From Alloascoidea hylecoeti (Eukaryota): DNA of 64,000 bases. This document shows positions 1-13,000 of this stretch, in pieces; position 1 is the first letter of the stretch; each line of letters opens with the position of its first letter. The notes beneath the pieces were generated by a model that worked only from the letters and a program-made list of their open reading frames with translations, was not told the origin of the DNA and did no database searches. Both the position numbers and the translations under genes were made by a program. The DNA lies in the NCBI GenBank assembly GCA_001600815.1, contig BCKZ01000019.1, positions 62,001-126,000 of the forward strand, given 5' to 3'.

Positions 1-3000
1 CAATTTATTTTTATAGTCGTTATTATATAATTATCATTATCGTCACCAGAACCGATCCATCGATCGGATTAATAATATTCCTACATATAGATAGCATATT
101 CAGAAATTATACGACTGGTTGGAATTTCGATCAACCTCTAGCTCAATCATGATCATACATTTGAGTTTTTTTTGTAAGCAGGCCTCATGATATAAATGTT
201 AGCGTTGAATGTCTTGGTTAATCCGTGCGTTAATTTTCACATTTCACATTTCATACCATCGATCTGCTGATGAGGTAACGTTTGTACAAAATTATTATTG
301 TTTTCAGTTAGTAAGGCTCGAGCTCTAGATCTAAGTTTAAGGCACTACCTTTTTATATACCAGTAATTATATGTGCCTAACAGACAGCCTGGCATATTTG
401 TTTTATTCTTTCATTTACTTTGTCATATTAATTGATGTTTATTATTTGATTTCATAATATTATAGAAGTGCTATAGTTTATGTAATTAACAAACCCGTAT
501 CTCGAAAAGCCTCGATATATTGATCTTCATTTTCATTCTTGGTCCTAACAATAGCGATATCTCTACTCATTAATATTCATTGATATATCTTTCAAAATTC
601 TTTATTCCAATATGGATCAATCTATTATAATTCTTTGAAAAATATTCATTTAAAATGATATTACCCCCATTCTATGCAATCGGGAATAAATACTATATTA
701 ATACTATGGAATACAATACTCCGTAGCTATATCTATAGGTAACTAGTTATAATTCTGGTAGCAGCTATAAGCGAAGATCGGAGATTTTTGAAAGACACAA
801 AACAATTGGATATCCATAATATGTAACACACAGCTATGTGTTATACGAGCAATAGCAACGAATTGTTATCAAAAAACGTCAATATATTGTAAATTTTTTG
901 TTAAATGATGTGGCAGCGTGAGGGAGAAATAACACTCGATGACCATATGCATACGTACCAATCTATAAAAAGGATGACTTTTGTAATCGAGGGTCTTAAG
1001 GCTCTTAACCCGTGAACCAATAACATGGAGAAAAGAAAAAAAAAATCATTTGCCATTTATTATAATGAATTCTAATTGAAGATTTTGAGATATTTATAAA
1101 TTTACAAAAATGATAAAGGTGATGATGATGCACATGTTTGAATTATTAATTTCTGTTTTAGATTCATCTTATATTTAAATTTGAACCCAGTTAGCTATTT
1201 ATGGCAACTGCAAAACTTAATATAAAACTAATGGATAATAAATTAGAATGATAACTCGAGAGGGTTAATTGTAAATAATTACATGGAAAAATATGGTTTC
1301 AAACTAAATATTTACGTAATTTCTAATAATTTATATATAAATATCGATGGGTCTTCTATTTGTTTAGATCTAGATCTATCTTTATAATAATAAGGAAGCG
1401 GCAATTTTAATCATTCAGAATCATAACGCTTGATGTAAAATTAAAAAGTTTTTTGATGATGAATTACTTGAAAGCTTGGGCTAGGATAAGAGAAATAAAC
1501 TAGCTACCTTTCACATTATTCATCAATTAATTGATTGCAATTGCAACTGAATGCCCCGATGGTTATATTATATAATTATTAAGGTGAAATAATAATCTGG
1601 GGGTGGATCGAATACTTATTTAGTAAATATGCCTTAAGAATTCTTTCAAAATATATATTAATTATCCATGTTTGAGCTCGAGCTAAATCAAAAAGCTTGT
1701 GTAGATAAATACTAAATAGTTAACATTTCAATCTTTTATTATAATTATCATTCTTTTTATAGATCAATCTCGATCAAGAATCAAGAGGTTTAAAAGATAA
1801 AAATGAATATTCATGTGACCGATAGGTAAATTACGAAACAATTAAATAAATTCAGATTAAACGATCAATTGATTAGTGTTGCAATTTAATCTATTTTCAA
1901 TTCGAATTCTGTGCTAAAGTCTCACCTGTTGAAGTTCTATTGGTTACTACTTAGAGAACAATCCACATTTATTATTCAGCATGTGCATGATAACTCCATC
2001 ACATCACCCATATAGATAAATGAAACTCCACAACAACATCATCTTTGTTAAATATAAATCAATATATCCATAGTTAGATCCTTGATGCTTCCTCGAGTGA
2101 AAGTGATCCGAAGAATTAAACAAGTGTTCTCAACATATCAGACGATGAGTCATGCATTCATAAACCAATGATAAATGATGATCTTCACAATCATTGTTAT
2201 AACATGAATAAATGCTTTTAATTATATGCACAAATATTCATGTATTCTACTCTTTTCCTTCATATAAAGTCCCAAAAACTTTTATTACAAATTTAACTAT
2301 ACCATATAAATGGCCATAATCATGATCATTCAATAATTAATATTAATTAATATATCCCTCGGCTTTTAGTTTTATAAAAAAAAAAACGATTTATAATTAA
2401 TTTAACGGTGTTATGATTCAATTAGTCAACGTTATATAGCCCCCTGATAAATAAAACAGTTTCTATTCGTCTCAATCAATAAATTCAATTACAATTGATT
2501 GGACATTGAGAATTTACAGTTACAAGTTAATAGATTACAGTGAAAATCATCCTTTAAATTTTGATTTTCAATTTCTTTAGATCCATCTTTGATCTGATAA
2601 TATATGAATTCAGCTCAATTGCAACTTCAAAATTTTTATCATATTATATTATTGCAAATTGATATAAATACGTGGTTATGTAGGGATAACGGTATAGCAT
2701 CAACATCTACAAGGTTATTAAATACTAATTATAGCCTCATATTTGAACAGATCATCATCAATATTGATGTTGCACAAATACATGTAAAAATATGTATAAC
2801 CATTTTTTATATATCAATTTGTATTCCGTTCCTTCTTTAATAATAAAATCACACTAGCTTTGCACTTAGTTACATGTGCTTTATAATTAATTATAATATC
2901 TAAATAAATTTCCAATTAATTGCATTCCGATCGTGATGATTCAGGAATTTTGTAAATACTCCAGTTTCTGCTAATTTTTCAAACTTGATCAAATCATATT

Positions 3001-4201
3001 TTATCATTAAGCTTAAGCCAAATTAATAGTTATCAAGAATGTATTTACTAGTAACTTATAGCTATAGCATATAAAGTTATAGTGGTGCTCTATTAATTAG
3101 ATATATTTCATTTGGTAATCCTAATTCGCATCGAAAGCACTATGGTGGAGGTAATTTTCCCGTCCATGTGGACTTTCCCGGACACCTCCTACCAACAACA
3201 TTAAATGACTTTTTAAAGACCATGGCGGATAGAATAGGGAATGACAAATATAATTTATGCTGCTCTTTTATTTTTATTGGTTTGTGTTGAGGCTAGATAA
3301 GTCATTCCAATATGGATGATTTCCTTCATACCACATTTATGTAAGCCTATATATAGTAAGTATGTATATGTGCATTACCAAACATGGTAGTAAACTCACA
3401 AATGTTAAATATTCGTACACTTTGTAATTGTATGAATGTACAAATTAATTGATTGCCATCATCCCATGGTTTAGTCAAACCAAATATTAATCTACATTTT
3501 TGAAGCCAACTATAAAACTATGATGGAGGCGCAGACACGATATACGTGCGCGCATCTGCATATTATAACCTATAGTTAGTATTATATTAACTTTTCAACA
3601 TAAAACGGTGTGTAGGCTAAATTTAAAATACATACTAAGTACGATTTGAATTATTGATATAATATTTGATGAGTTAACTTTAATTAAAAAAAAATCGCCT
3701 AGAACAAACACCAATTGCAATGAATAAAGCTCTAAGCCTTACATCATAAAGAACTAATTATCAAATTTTCTTTGCCGCTACCAAATTAAAGCGCTTGTTA
3801 GAACTTGGAATCAATTACGTCAGAAAGCCACACGACCTTCACAGCCCAAGAGTTATCATATCCGACTGCTGTATTGCAATTCTGATCGATTTTAAATATT
3901 GCAATTTTAAAAGATATGTTTGGCGCTAAATACCAACCATAGAATAGGTGACAGCTAAAGTATAGGTACTGCCCTTAGCATTTATATATGACTGTAAGTT
4001 ATATTATATATTACAAAAAGTCAAGACGTTATAAATATACAGATTTAAGTTTAACACATTTAACACATTTAACACTATGTAGTATAAACTATAAATGGCA
4101 ATATCGCAAATTTTCAATTGTAAAATGTCGGTGTTTATTTTTCAAATAGACCTATAGTATATTGATAGCTAGAAAAGATCTTATAGCTATATAGTGAGCT
4201 C

Positions 4202-4416
4202 TAACACCGTGCAGATATGCACCACCATAATAAACTAAAAGAATTTTTAAAATTTAACAAAACTATTTATTGCTTATATGAAATGTAGTGCGATGAATAG
4301 ATTTTGGTTGTGTAGTCATCTTTGGTGACACAGGAGAATCTGGCAGTTCTATATAGATTTAAGAAATGTTTTAGTCTCTGTGTTTATTATGGTGCAGATG
4401 TTCGCGCGGTTGTTGT
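4202..4416. mobile_element. Possible degenerate MITE (~215 bp) bounded by imperfect ~35-bp inverted repeats
   Basis: Perfect 13-bp inverted pair CACCATAATAAAC (4223-4235) / GTTTATTATGGTG (4382-4394), extending imperfectly outward (ACACCGTGCAGATATGCAC vs GTGCAGATGTTCGCGCGGTTGT). TA lies near both ends. Similar fragments at ~3545-3570 and ~3605-3620. Confidence 0.35.
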
Positions 4417-4799
4417 AGGCTAGGCTTATAAAGTAGTTATGATCAAATTTTACGTCTCTATAGATAAATACAGGCAATGAGTTATTCCTGCAATTATAAA
4501 GTTCCTATATAGCTAGTCTTATTTCGGCATGTTCTCCTGGCACGTTTTTTTCCAGCTGTGGTTGAAATAAAAAGTGATTTCTTTAGTTTCGAATTCAATC
4601 TTAATTAAAAATGACGCTTGGAAATTGAGACTAAAATCAAAAAATTCAAACATCACCGGTCTCAGGATACGTTACAGTTTTATGATTTTAGGTGAATTTA
4701 TAAGAATTTTTATATAATACTAATTTTCTTTATATATTTTTGGAGGTTCAATATATGATGATAATTACACATTTGCTAGTATGATGATTGTTACGCAGA

Positions 4800-5612
4800 T
4801 CATATGAACTTTAAATTTAATTTTGATATTATTGCTACATCAAATAATAACGATAAATCATCAAAAAAAAATAGATTACTGGAAGCTGAAAGAAGACTCA
4901 TGGAAGACTACAATTATATTTCATTGGAAATATTATGCTTGAAAAAACAAAAGTTGTATCGATGATAAAAAGCTACCTATAACTGAAGAACATTTTGGTA
5001 CTCCTTTTTCCATTTTATCTCCTAAAGCCAACATTCTAAAGACCAACTCCAATTGTAATGAAGATTCGATAGCAAACAAATTATGTATACTAACATTTGA
5101 AAGTAACTCTATAGTATCATCATCATCATCATCATCAAATTCTAATCTAACATACATTTATAATATGCTAAAAAAGGTTTCAGATCGCGCTACAGTATCA
5201 GAAGCGCTAATTTTCACAATTGCTGTTTGCTAAAAGGCAGTGGAGGATTTATTTTACGAATAACAAGATGGTAAAATTTTAATTGAATAAACCTCAAGAG
5301 CTAAAATTTTTCATGATTTATGTTTAGATACCAATCACACCAGAAATAGTAATACTACACGACGTATATGCTACAATAGTTCGTTAGTTACTCTCAGAGA
5401 GAAGAAAGAAATGTCTGCGTGTGATGTTTACACTCTTGATCTAGAAACAAATAATGATGTTGATGAAAACTGACCTAAAAGATTTATTAATAATTTAATA
5501 AACAAATATTGGACATCGACATGTATTTTAGCTTCCAATTGTAAGAGAAGGAACATCAGCTTTTCAGCAGCTACAGCTTACAAATATCCCTAACAATAGC
5601 CATGCTGATAAT
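4800..5612 (+). pseudogene. Possible decayed protein-coding gene of unknown family
   Basis: One + frame runs ~95 codons without a stop (KSCIDDKKLPITEEHF...IFTIAVC*) and continues with only sparse stops to ~5612. It is preceded by a frameshifted open segment (MNFKFNFDIIATSNNNDKSSKKNRLLEAERRLMEDY). No recognisable motif. Confidence 0.3.
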
Positions 5613-6528
5613 TGGTTTAAAACATAAAGAATTATGTAATAAAAACTGATTTGCAAGAAAATATTTAAACTCTTATGAGAAAATAACAGGTGATATACCT
5701 TGATAGTCGTACAAGTGTTGGTAAAAAAACCTGATCATGGTTTATTAGCCAAATACCGTAACAACTGTGATCATAGAAAAATATTGATTCATACTATTAA
5801 CTCAATCTTCTTCTATTGGAATTTTAACTGCTAAAAGGATGAATGGTGAACATGACATAAGCTTACAAATATCTTTGGCATTGTGCCGTCATTCCACTTA
5901 ATTTCGGCCATGATGATTATTATCGAGTCTAATAATATCGGCCAACTCGATTGCTCCCTGCATATTTACCGGTCATAACACAATGCGGCTGAAAATTAGT
6001 TTTGGACGCAGCCGATAATTGATCACCAGCATGGCCTAAACTAAGTGAAATTGCTATATAATGATGTTTCAACTAAAAATAATTGCAAACATCAATATTC
6101 GCATTCATCTAACTCACACCACTAGTATATATAGTTAATTATCAAGCCTTATAAGTGTAGCTAATAATTCTAATTTGAAAGGATCGTCTTGGATTGATGA
6201 TCTACAACAAGCATTAATCCTTCCTTATTAGCTTAAGATAATATATCGCATTGTCCTTTTCGATGACATTCTGCGGCTTCCGATTTGTTATGATTATACC
6301 CCTTAATATGACAACTTTCAAATATTGGTCAACATCCTATAATTTGAATTTCAAAATTTTAAAGGGCCATTATAATATTATTTAAATTTTTTGTTTAGTT
6401 TAGGCTCTGAATAATCTAGATCAACACTGATTCAACAGGTTGTGGCTGGAATAGCCCAAAACTATAGCTATATATATTTGGTATAACATTTGGTGTAGAG
6501 CCGTAGACTGCATAGTGCATACTCCGAT

Positions 6529-7807
6529 ACCACAACATTGTTCTGTTGCAACCACAAATTACAAAATCAGTAATGTGTATAAATTATTATAAATATTATC
6601 ACTTCTTAATCTCATAATTCTGATAATGTTTGTTTAATATTTCCTCTTTGCAATTCTTTCTGTGGTGTGAAAAGTTTTCTAAAATCTAGCTTAATGATAT
6701 ATATGAGCTCGGTAGATCTATTTAAATAAAGCGCAATTATTTATGCTAGGATTAGTTGGAAGATGCCATATGGATATCATATGATGCCTCTGTGATCAAA
6801 GAATACTGTAGATTTGCTATTAAAATGTTTATAGCATTTTAGTGTGAGAATTGAGAAGATCTATAAATTCTGGACCTCGCCCCAAAATACGAAAAAGTTG
6901 TTAACAAATTTGATATCTCAAGATTGACTCTTCACGATTTTCAGGGTAAACTATCAAGACAAGACTCTCACCGAAATCAAAGGCTTCTATCTACTCTTGT
7001 AGAGGAAGGTCTCGTTTGGGGTTTTGGTCATGTGTAAAAAATGTTGGGCGGCTAACTTGGAGCGTTCTCATGAGCTAGTTGATCATGGAGGGCATGAAAA
7101 TAGATATCGATCTCTTTTAAAAGTTGCCATCAATGAATGCTACACGTATAACAAAGCATTATTGTCCCGCAAAATATCATACACTAGTCATTGAAAAATA
7201 ATCTGCACTTCTTTATAAGAACCAGAACACTTGATTCGTAATGGATCCAAAATATCTTTGCGAATAGGATAGTTAACTTGGGGAAGTTTTCAAGACAACG
7301 TCACGAAATTCTTATATTTGGAAGCTTGTAACAAGTCCCATCATCCACCGGACTCAAATAAAAGATTTTTTTACAATATATTAGGAGGCATGATCAAAGA
7401 CTATGAACCCCTCAAATTTATTTTTGGATTTTTAACGACCTGAATATGGCCTTTTGAACCTCAGAGATTTTACCCAAGTTTGGGAAAAGCTTGGGAAAAG
7501 TTTGGGAGAGTGAAAATAAAAAAGAGGTAATGAAAAGCTTCGAAGAAAAATCCATTTTATATGAAAATTTCGCTAAAGAACTGATATCTCTAAAGTTAGT
7601 GAAAAAAAATTTCAAAATATAGTCAAAGATGCCAAAAACGCATGGATCTATTGAGCTCAAATCCCTCCTAGAAGTTCTTAAATAACAACAAAAAATACAA
7701 AAAAGAAAATATTGTAAATATTGTATTATCAGAAATATGATATTATTTACAATAATTTATCTTTGTTGCTGATTTTATATGTGGTTGCAACAGAACAATG
7801 TTGTGGT
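6529..7807 (+). mobile_element. Decayed Fot1/pogo-family (Tc1/mariner superfamily) DNA transposon
   Basis: Perfect 28-bp TIR ACCACAACATTGTTCTGTTGCAACCACA (6529-6556 / 7780-7807), extending imperfectly to ~75 bp; TA at the flanks. Frameshifted transposase remnants: HTH-like SGPRPKIRK/KVVNKFDISRLTLHDFQGKLSRQDSHRNQRLLSTLVEEGLVW (~6870-7020) and post-DDE motif IKDFFTIY*EA*SKTMNPSNL/GFLTT*IWPFEPQ (~7360-7470). Confidence 0.85.
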
Positions 7808-8194
7808 TACCAAGTAGATATAATTTATACGCCAACTCATCCGAGCACTATGCTGTCTAGGGTATAGTTTATAAAACTTCTGACCATGAAATCATTACAA
7901 GAACAAAAGATTTGGTTATGATGGGAACTATCAGCATGAGCGCAAATATCTTTATGAGAATGTGGACTAAATAGTTGGTAACACGTCGTCAAGGGATCCT
8001 CGGTAATGTAGGAAATATTCATCGGTGTGATTTCAAAGATTTCTAGATTATATCATTTATTTCAATCAATTTAGTTTAGTTGGCCGAATATAAGGTGTTT
8101 CTCTGGATCATAAACCAAAAATCCAAATAGTTATTGTAGACACAAAAAACAAAAGTTTTAAAATATATTATATATTTATATTTACATTTATATT

Positions 8195-9476
8195 TTACTG
8201 AGAACCAATTCTATGACATTCTTGTAAAAAAAATCTAATTTGTTCAGGATCCATAAAAGGATGAGTTCCATGTCCAAAATTAATAATATAATTTTTTTTA
8301 CCTCCACCAAAACGTTTAATCATTTCATCAACTTTTTTGGTTATAATTTCTTTATTTCCATACATTACACCAGGATCAATATTACCTTGTAAAACCACTC
8401 TTTTATTTGCAATTTTAACAGCATCTAATGGATCCCAAGACCAATCAAGTGATACTGTATTATAACCTGAGTCACATAATTTATCTAATGAATGCCATGC
8501 TCCTTTTGCAAATACTATAATAGGTACATTTTCTTTGTGTCCTAATTCTTTTAATCTTAATGTCAATTTTTCACTAATTTGTCTAAGATATGGTAATGAA
8601 AATTCCTCAAAATCTTCCTTCGATAATTCACCCGCCCAAGATTCAAATACCTGTAAAATCTGAGCACCAGCAATAACTTGTTGAGCAAGAAATTCAATTG
8701 CAACATTTGTTATTAATTGTAATAATACTTTTGATTCTTTTGGATATTTGAATAACCAAGTCTTTGCAAATCTAAATAATCTTGAACCACCACCTTCAAT
8801 CATATAAACCATTAATGTCCACGGTCCACCAACGAATCCAAACAATGGTACTCTACCATTTAATTTTTTTCTGGTCAATGTAATTGATTTAAATGCCCAA
8901 TCTAGTTCTTTTAGAACATCTGGATTTTTATTTAATTTATCCAAATCTTTTGGTTCTCTTAATGGATTAGGAAAATGTGGACCAACTTTGTCAACCATTT
9001 GAACTTCCATTCCCATTGCTTGAGGTATGACAAGAATATCACTAAAGATGATCGCAGCATCAAGTAATCCATCAAAATGAACAATTGGCTGTATTGTTAT
9101 TTCAGATGCAATTTCAGCGTCTCTACAAACTTCAAAGAAATTGCGGGTTCCCTTTACCTCATGATATTCTATCAAAACAAAATTAATAATCAAATAATCA
9201 AATGATAAGTTCCAAGATTTCCACATAGATTGATATACATACCCGGCAAGTATCTACCAGCTTGTCTCTATTTTCAGTCATATTTCGTTAGATCTAAAGA
9301 TCTACAAGGAAGGGTAAAAAAAACACTAACCATGATCCAAATGGGAGGACGTTCAACAGTTTCGCCTAAATCATTAATATTAAAAACAAATAGAAAACAC
9401 AGAAGCAATTAAGAAAAAGCATACCTCTGGCCGCTCTTAAAATCAAATCATTCTTTAAGGGAGAAAATTCCGACAT
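8195..9476 (-). CDS. HEM12: Uroporphyrinogen decarboxylase, 4 exons (9476-9425, 9365-9331, 9267-9243, 9168-8195)
   Basis: Spliced N-terminus [44 protein letters not shown]; motifs [27 protein letters not shown]. Three GT-AG introns of 59, 63 and 74 nt keep the frame. Confidence 0.97.
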
Positions 9477-10048
9477 TGTTAGAACAAATAGCAATCTCCA
9501 ACGGGGTTGAAAAATCTGGATCTGTAATGGAGTAAGCAATATGCTAATGCTTATTAATTGCAGTCACATGACAATGCCAAATTAAGCATAATTACACATG
9601 GCACAACTTTTTAGAGGATAACTAGCACCACATTTCGATTGAATTGGGACTTCCAACCATCAGAATCATGAGAAAAGGGGAATTAATATATCTTTCTGTC
9701 TAGTGAGCTTCCAGGATGAGAACTAATTGTTTCCCATACGAAACTAGTAACGTCAGGCACATTTTTGACGATGCGCGTAAACTTTAATTTGAATAATATT
9801 ACCACATTAGGAATTTTCACCGCCAGAGGTTGATGCCTACACCCTGTATTAGGATATCTGCAGATTCAGCCATCTCCAAAGAGCCAAACTTGATTTCATC
9901 ATGCAGATAGAAGGCTGAATCTATAAGATGAGTATCAAATTCTATAAGAAATACACAAAAGCATTTAACAAATATATAAAAGCAGATAGTTCCATATTTC
10001 ATAGTTATTTTCTTATCATCTATCCATACCTTATTACATTTCAGAAAA

Positions 10049-13000
10049 ATGATCAAGAGGAATATTAGATTTTTTTTACTACAATTATTCATTGTTAAAT
10101 CTTTTTGTGCAACTGAAGTATTATGGGTAACTCAGAATACATTGCGTACTGTTACAAGACCATTGAAGTATGATTATGTTACTCTTTTAAATCCAGTGTC
10201 AACTAGTCTTCACGTTGCCACAATGACCAATGCAGGAAAAACAACTACTGTTACAACACTTTTTACCGCGACTGCAACTCCTACAGTTATTGATTCAGGA
10301 TCTTATGTTATTACAATAAATTCAGTCGTCACGGCTCCTGATCCTTTGATAACAGGTTCACTTCCTACTTTGATCCCTTCCACACTGATCAATCTTTCTA
10401 CTATAACTGAAGGGACTACAATCGTAACTACCACCACAGCAACATTTACAAAGACTAAAGGCGATATTGATCCTCAATTTACTGGCACTACTTCAGGAAT
10501 AAATTCGCTATACACCTCCAGTTTTTCTCCACAACCATCAAGTTCTGGGTTTTCATCATTGGGAATTCGGACTATTACCTCTTCGAGTTCATTCATCACC
10601 AGTGTATATCCCACCGCTTCTACTTTTTTTGCAGAGGATTTAACTGAACTTGATCCCAGTTCATTCATAACCACTGTATTTCCTACTACTTCTACCTTCT
10701 TTGTAGAGGATTTAACTGAAAGTGGTGCCTGCTCAGAATTCTCTAGCTATAATCTTATTACATCAGTTATTTCAACCTCGGCCCAGTATAGTAACTCCAC
10801 ATCTTATACTTTCTCTTCAAATACAACTACAAAACAGCATGAATTTTCTGAATCTGCCTCAAGTTCAAGCTTATTTCCAATTTATAGCAGTTCTGGGTCT
10901 AAAAATATAACCTCGACACCAGTAAGAAGTTCATCTTTTTCAATTCCTTCAATAACTTCAATAACTTCAAGTTCACTTTCAGATGCTTCATTCACAAAAA
11001 CTGAATCAACTGCTAGTGCAACAAATACATCGTTATCTTCAAGATCTTCATTATCTACAATTCCTTCGATAACCTTAAGTTCACTTTCATCTACTTCAAT
11101 AACAAGAACTGAATCAACCGCTATTACATCAGACACACCTTCAACTTTTTCAATTTTTGATCCAATATCAACTGATGCACCACCAGCAGTATTTCAAAGA
11201 TCAGAGCTTATTTTAGAGCGCCCATCACATATATCAAGTGCAAAAGTCGTTGAAACAAACAAATTTTATGCAAATTTATTCCTTGGTTCATTTACTAATA
11301 TGGTTTGGACTCATCCTTATGGGTTTTGGTGGGATAAATCATCATTTTACGGTTTGGGTGTATCACACACAAGAGTATCCCAACGAACATATGGTGATAC
11401 AAATTCAAATGGTGCTGTTCAAAACTATATCAATCCTGTGAATGTTGCAAGTCTTATATTCTCATCAACAACTTTCACAGATTCAAATGTTAATATGGTT
11501 CTTGAAAACCTAGAAACATTTAGTGTTGATGTTAAACTTGGGCTTAATAATCAAGATTATATAAAATTTCCTTTGGTTCAAGGTATTAGTTTTGCAAGTG
11601 GAATTTATAATGGGAATTTAATACCATTATTGAGATCATCAATTGGATTTAAATCTGTTTCAGCAGTCTCATCAACAAATGTAAATTCAAAAACAACAAA
11701 TATTTTTAAAGCTCTATTATTTGATGGTACAACTTGGTTAATTTATGCTGTTACACCAAATGGTGAAAATTTCAATTTTAATGTTAAAGATTCAAATAAT
11801 ATGGTTGGATCACAATCAATTGATGGTTTATTAATACAAGTAACTGTTTTAAGCAGTGATGATAATCAAACTTATTATGATCAAGTTTCTGGTGCTTATG
11901 CAACATCTGCTTCTCTTTCTGGTACATCAAATAGTTTAACATCAAGTTGGTCAATTGATTATGAAATTTCTGGTAAGAATTATTTAAATTCAAATGAAAT
12001 TATTATATTTGCATTCCCACATCATTTAGAAAATATTTCAGGTGGTAAAAATACAGGTATTAAATTAAGTTCAACAACAAAGGGAGATATGACTGGAATT
12101 TTAGCAAGTTCTTTATCATTTTTTGAAACTTTACCAGTGGATGTTGGATTTTTACCATGGTCACAACAGTTAAAATCAAGTACTACTTTGTCATTCAGTT
12201 CTGAAGAATTACAAAAGATTGCAATTGCTGCAAATAAAGAATTGACTATTGATATTGAATCTGCTGTTTCAACTGATTCAACTTATACATCAGGTAAATT
12301 AATTGATAAATTTGCTTATATTCTATTAACACTTTCTGATATAATTCGTGATGATGCTGTTACAAATGCAACTTTAGCTACAATGAAGGTGGCATTTGAA
12401 TTATTCTTGAAAAATCAGCAAATCACTCCTTTAATGTATGATACTAGATGGGGTGGAGTAACATCAACTGGAGCACAAGCAACAGGTGATTCAGGTGCAG
12501 ATTTTGGCTCACCGTTTTATAATGATCATCACTTCCATTATGGATATTTTATCCATGCAGCAGCAGTAGTTGGACATGTTGATTTAAAATTTGGTGGCAC
12601 TTGGGCAAATGACAACAAGGATTGGGTTAATTCATTAATCAGAGATGTTGCAAACCCTTCATCATCAGATACTTATTTCCCAGTTTCAAGAAATTTTGAT
12701 TGGTTCCACGGCCATTCTTGGGCAAAAGGTTTGTTTGATTCTGCTGATGGTAAAGATCAAGAATCAAGCTCTGAGGATTATAATTTTGCATATGGTATGA
12801 AATTATGGGGTAGAATAATTAATGATAAATCAATGGAAACAAGAGGTAATTTAATGCTTGCAATAATGAAAAGAAGTATGAATTTATATTATCTTTATTC
12901 TGATGATAATACTGTTGAACCATCAAATTATATTAAGAACAGGGTACCAGGTATCTTATTTGAAAATAAGTTTGATTATACAACATATTTCGGCACAAAT

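Noticed and set aside
3165..3182. GGGAAAGTCC on the minus strand as an RNase MRP/P P4 motif
   Set aside because: No matching 3' P4 (CR-V) strand at a plausible distance.
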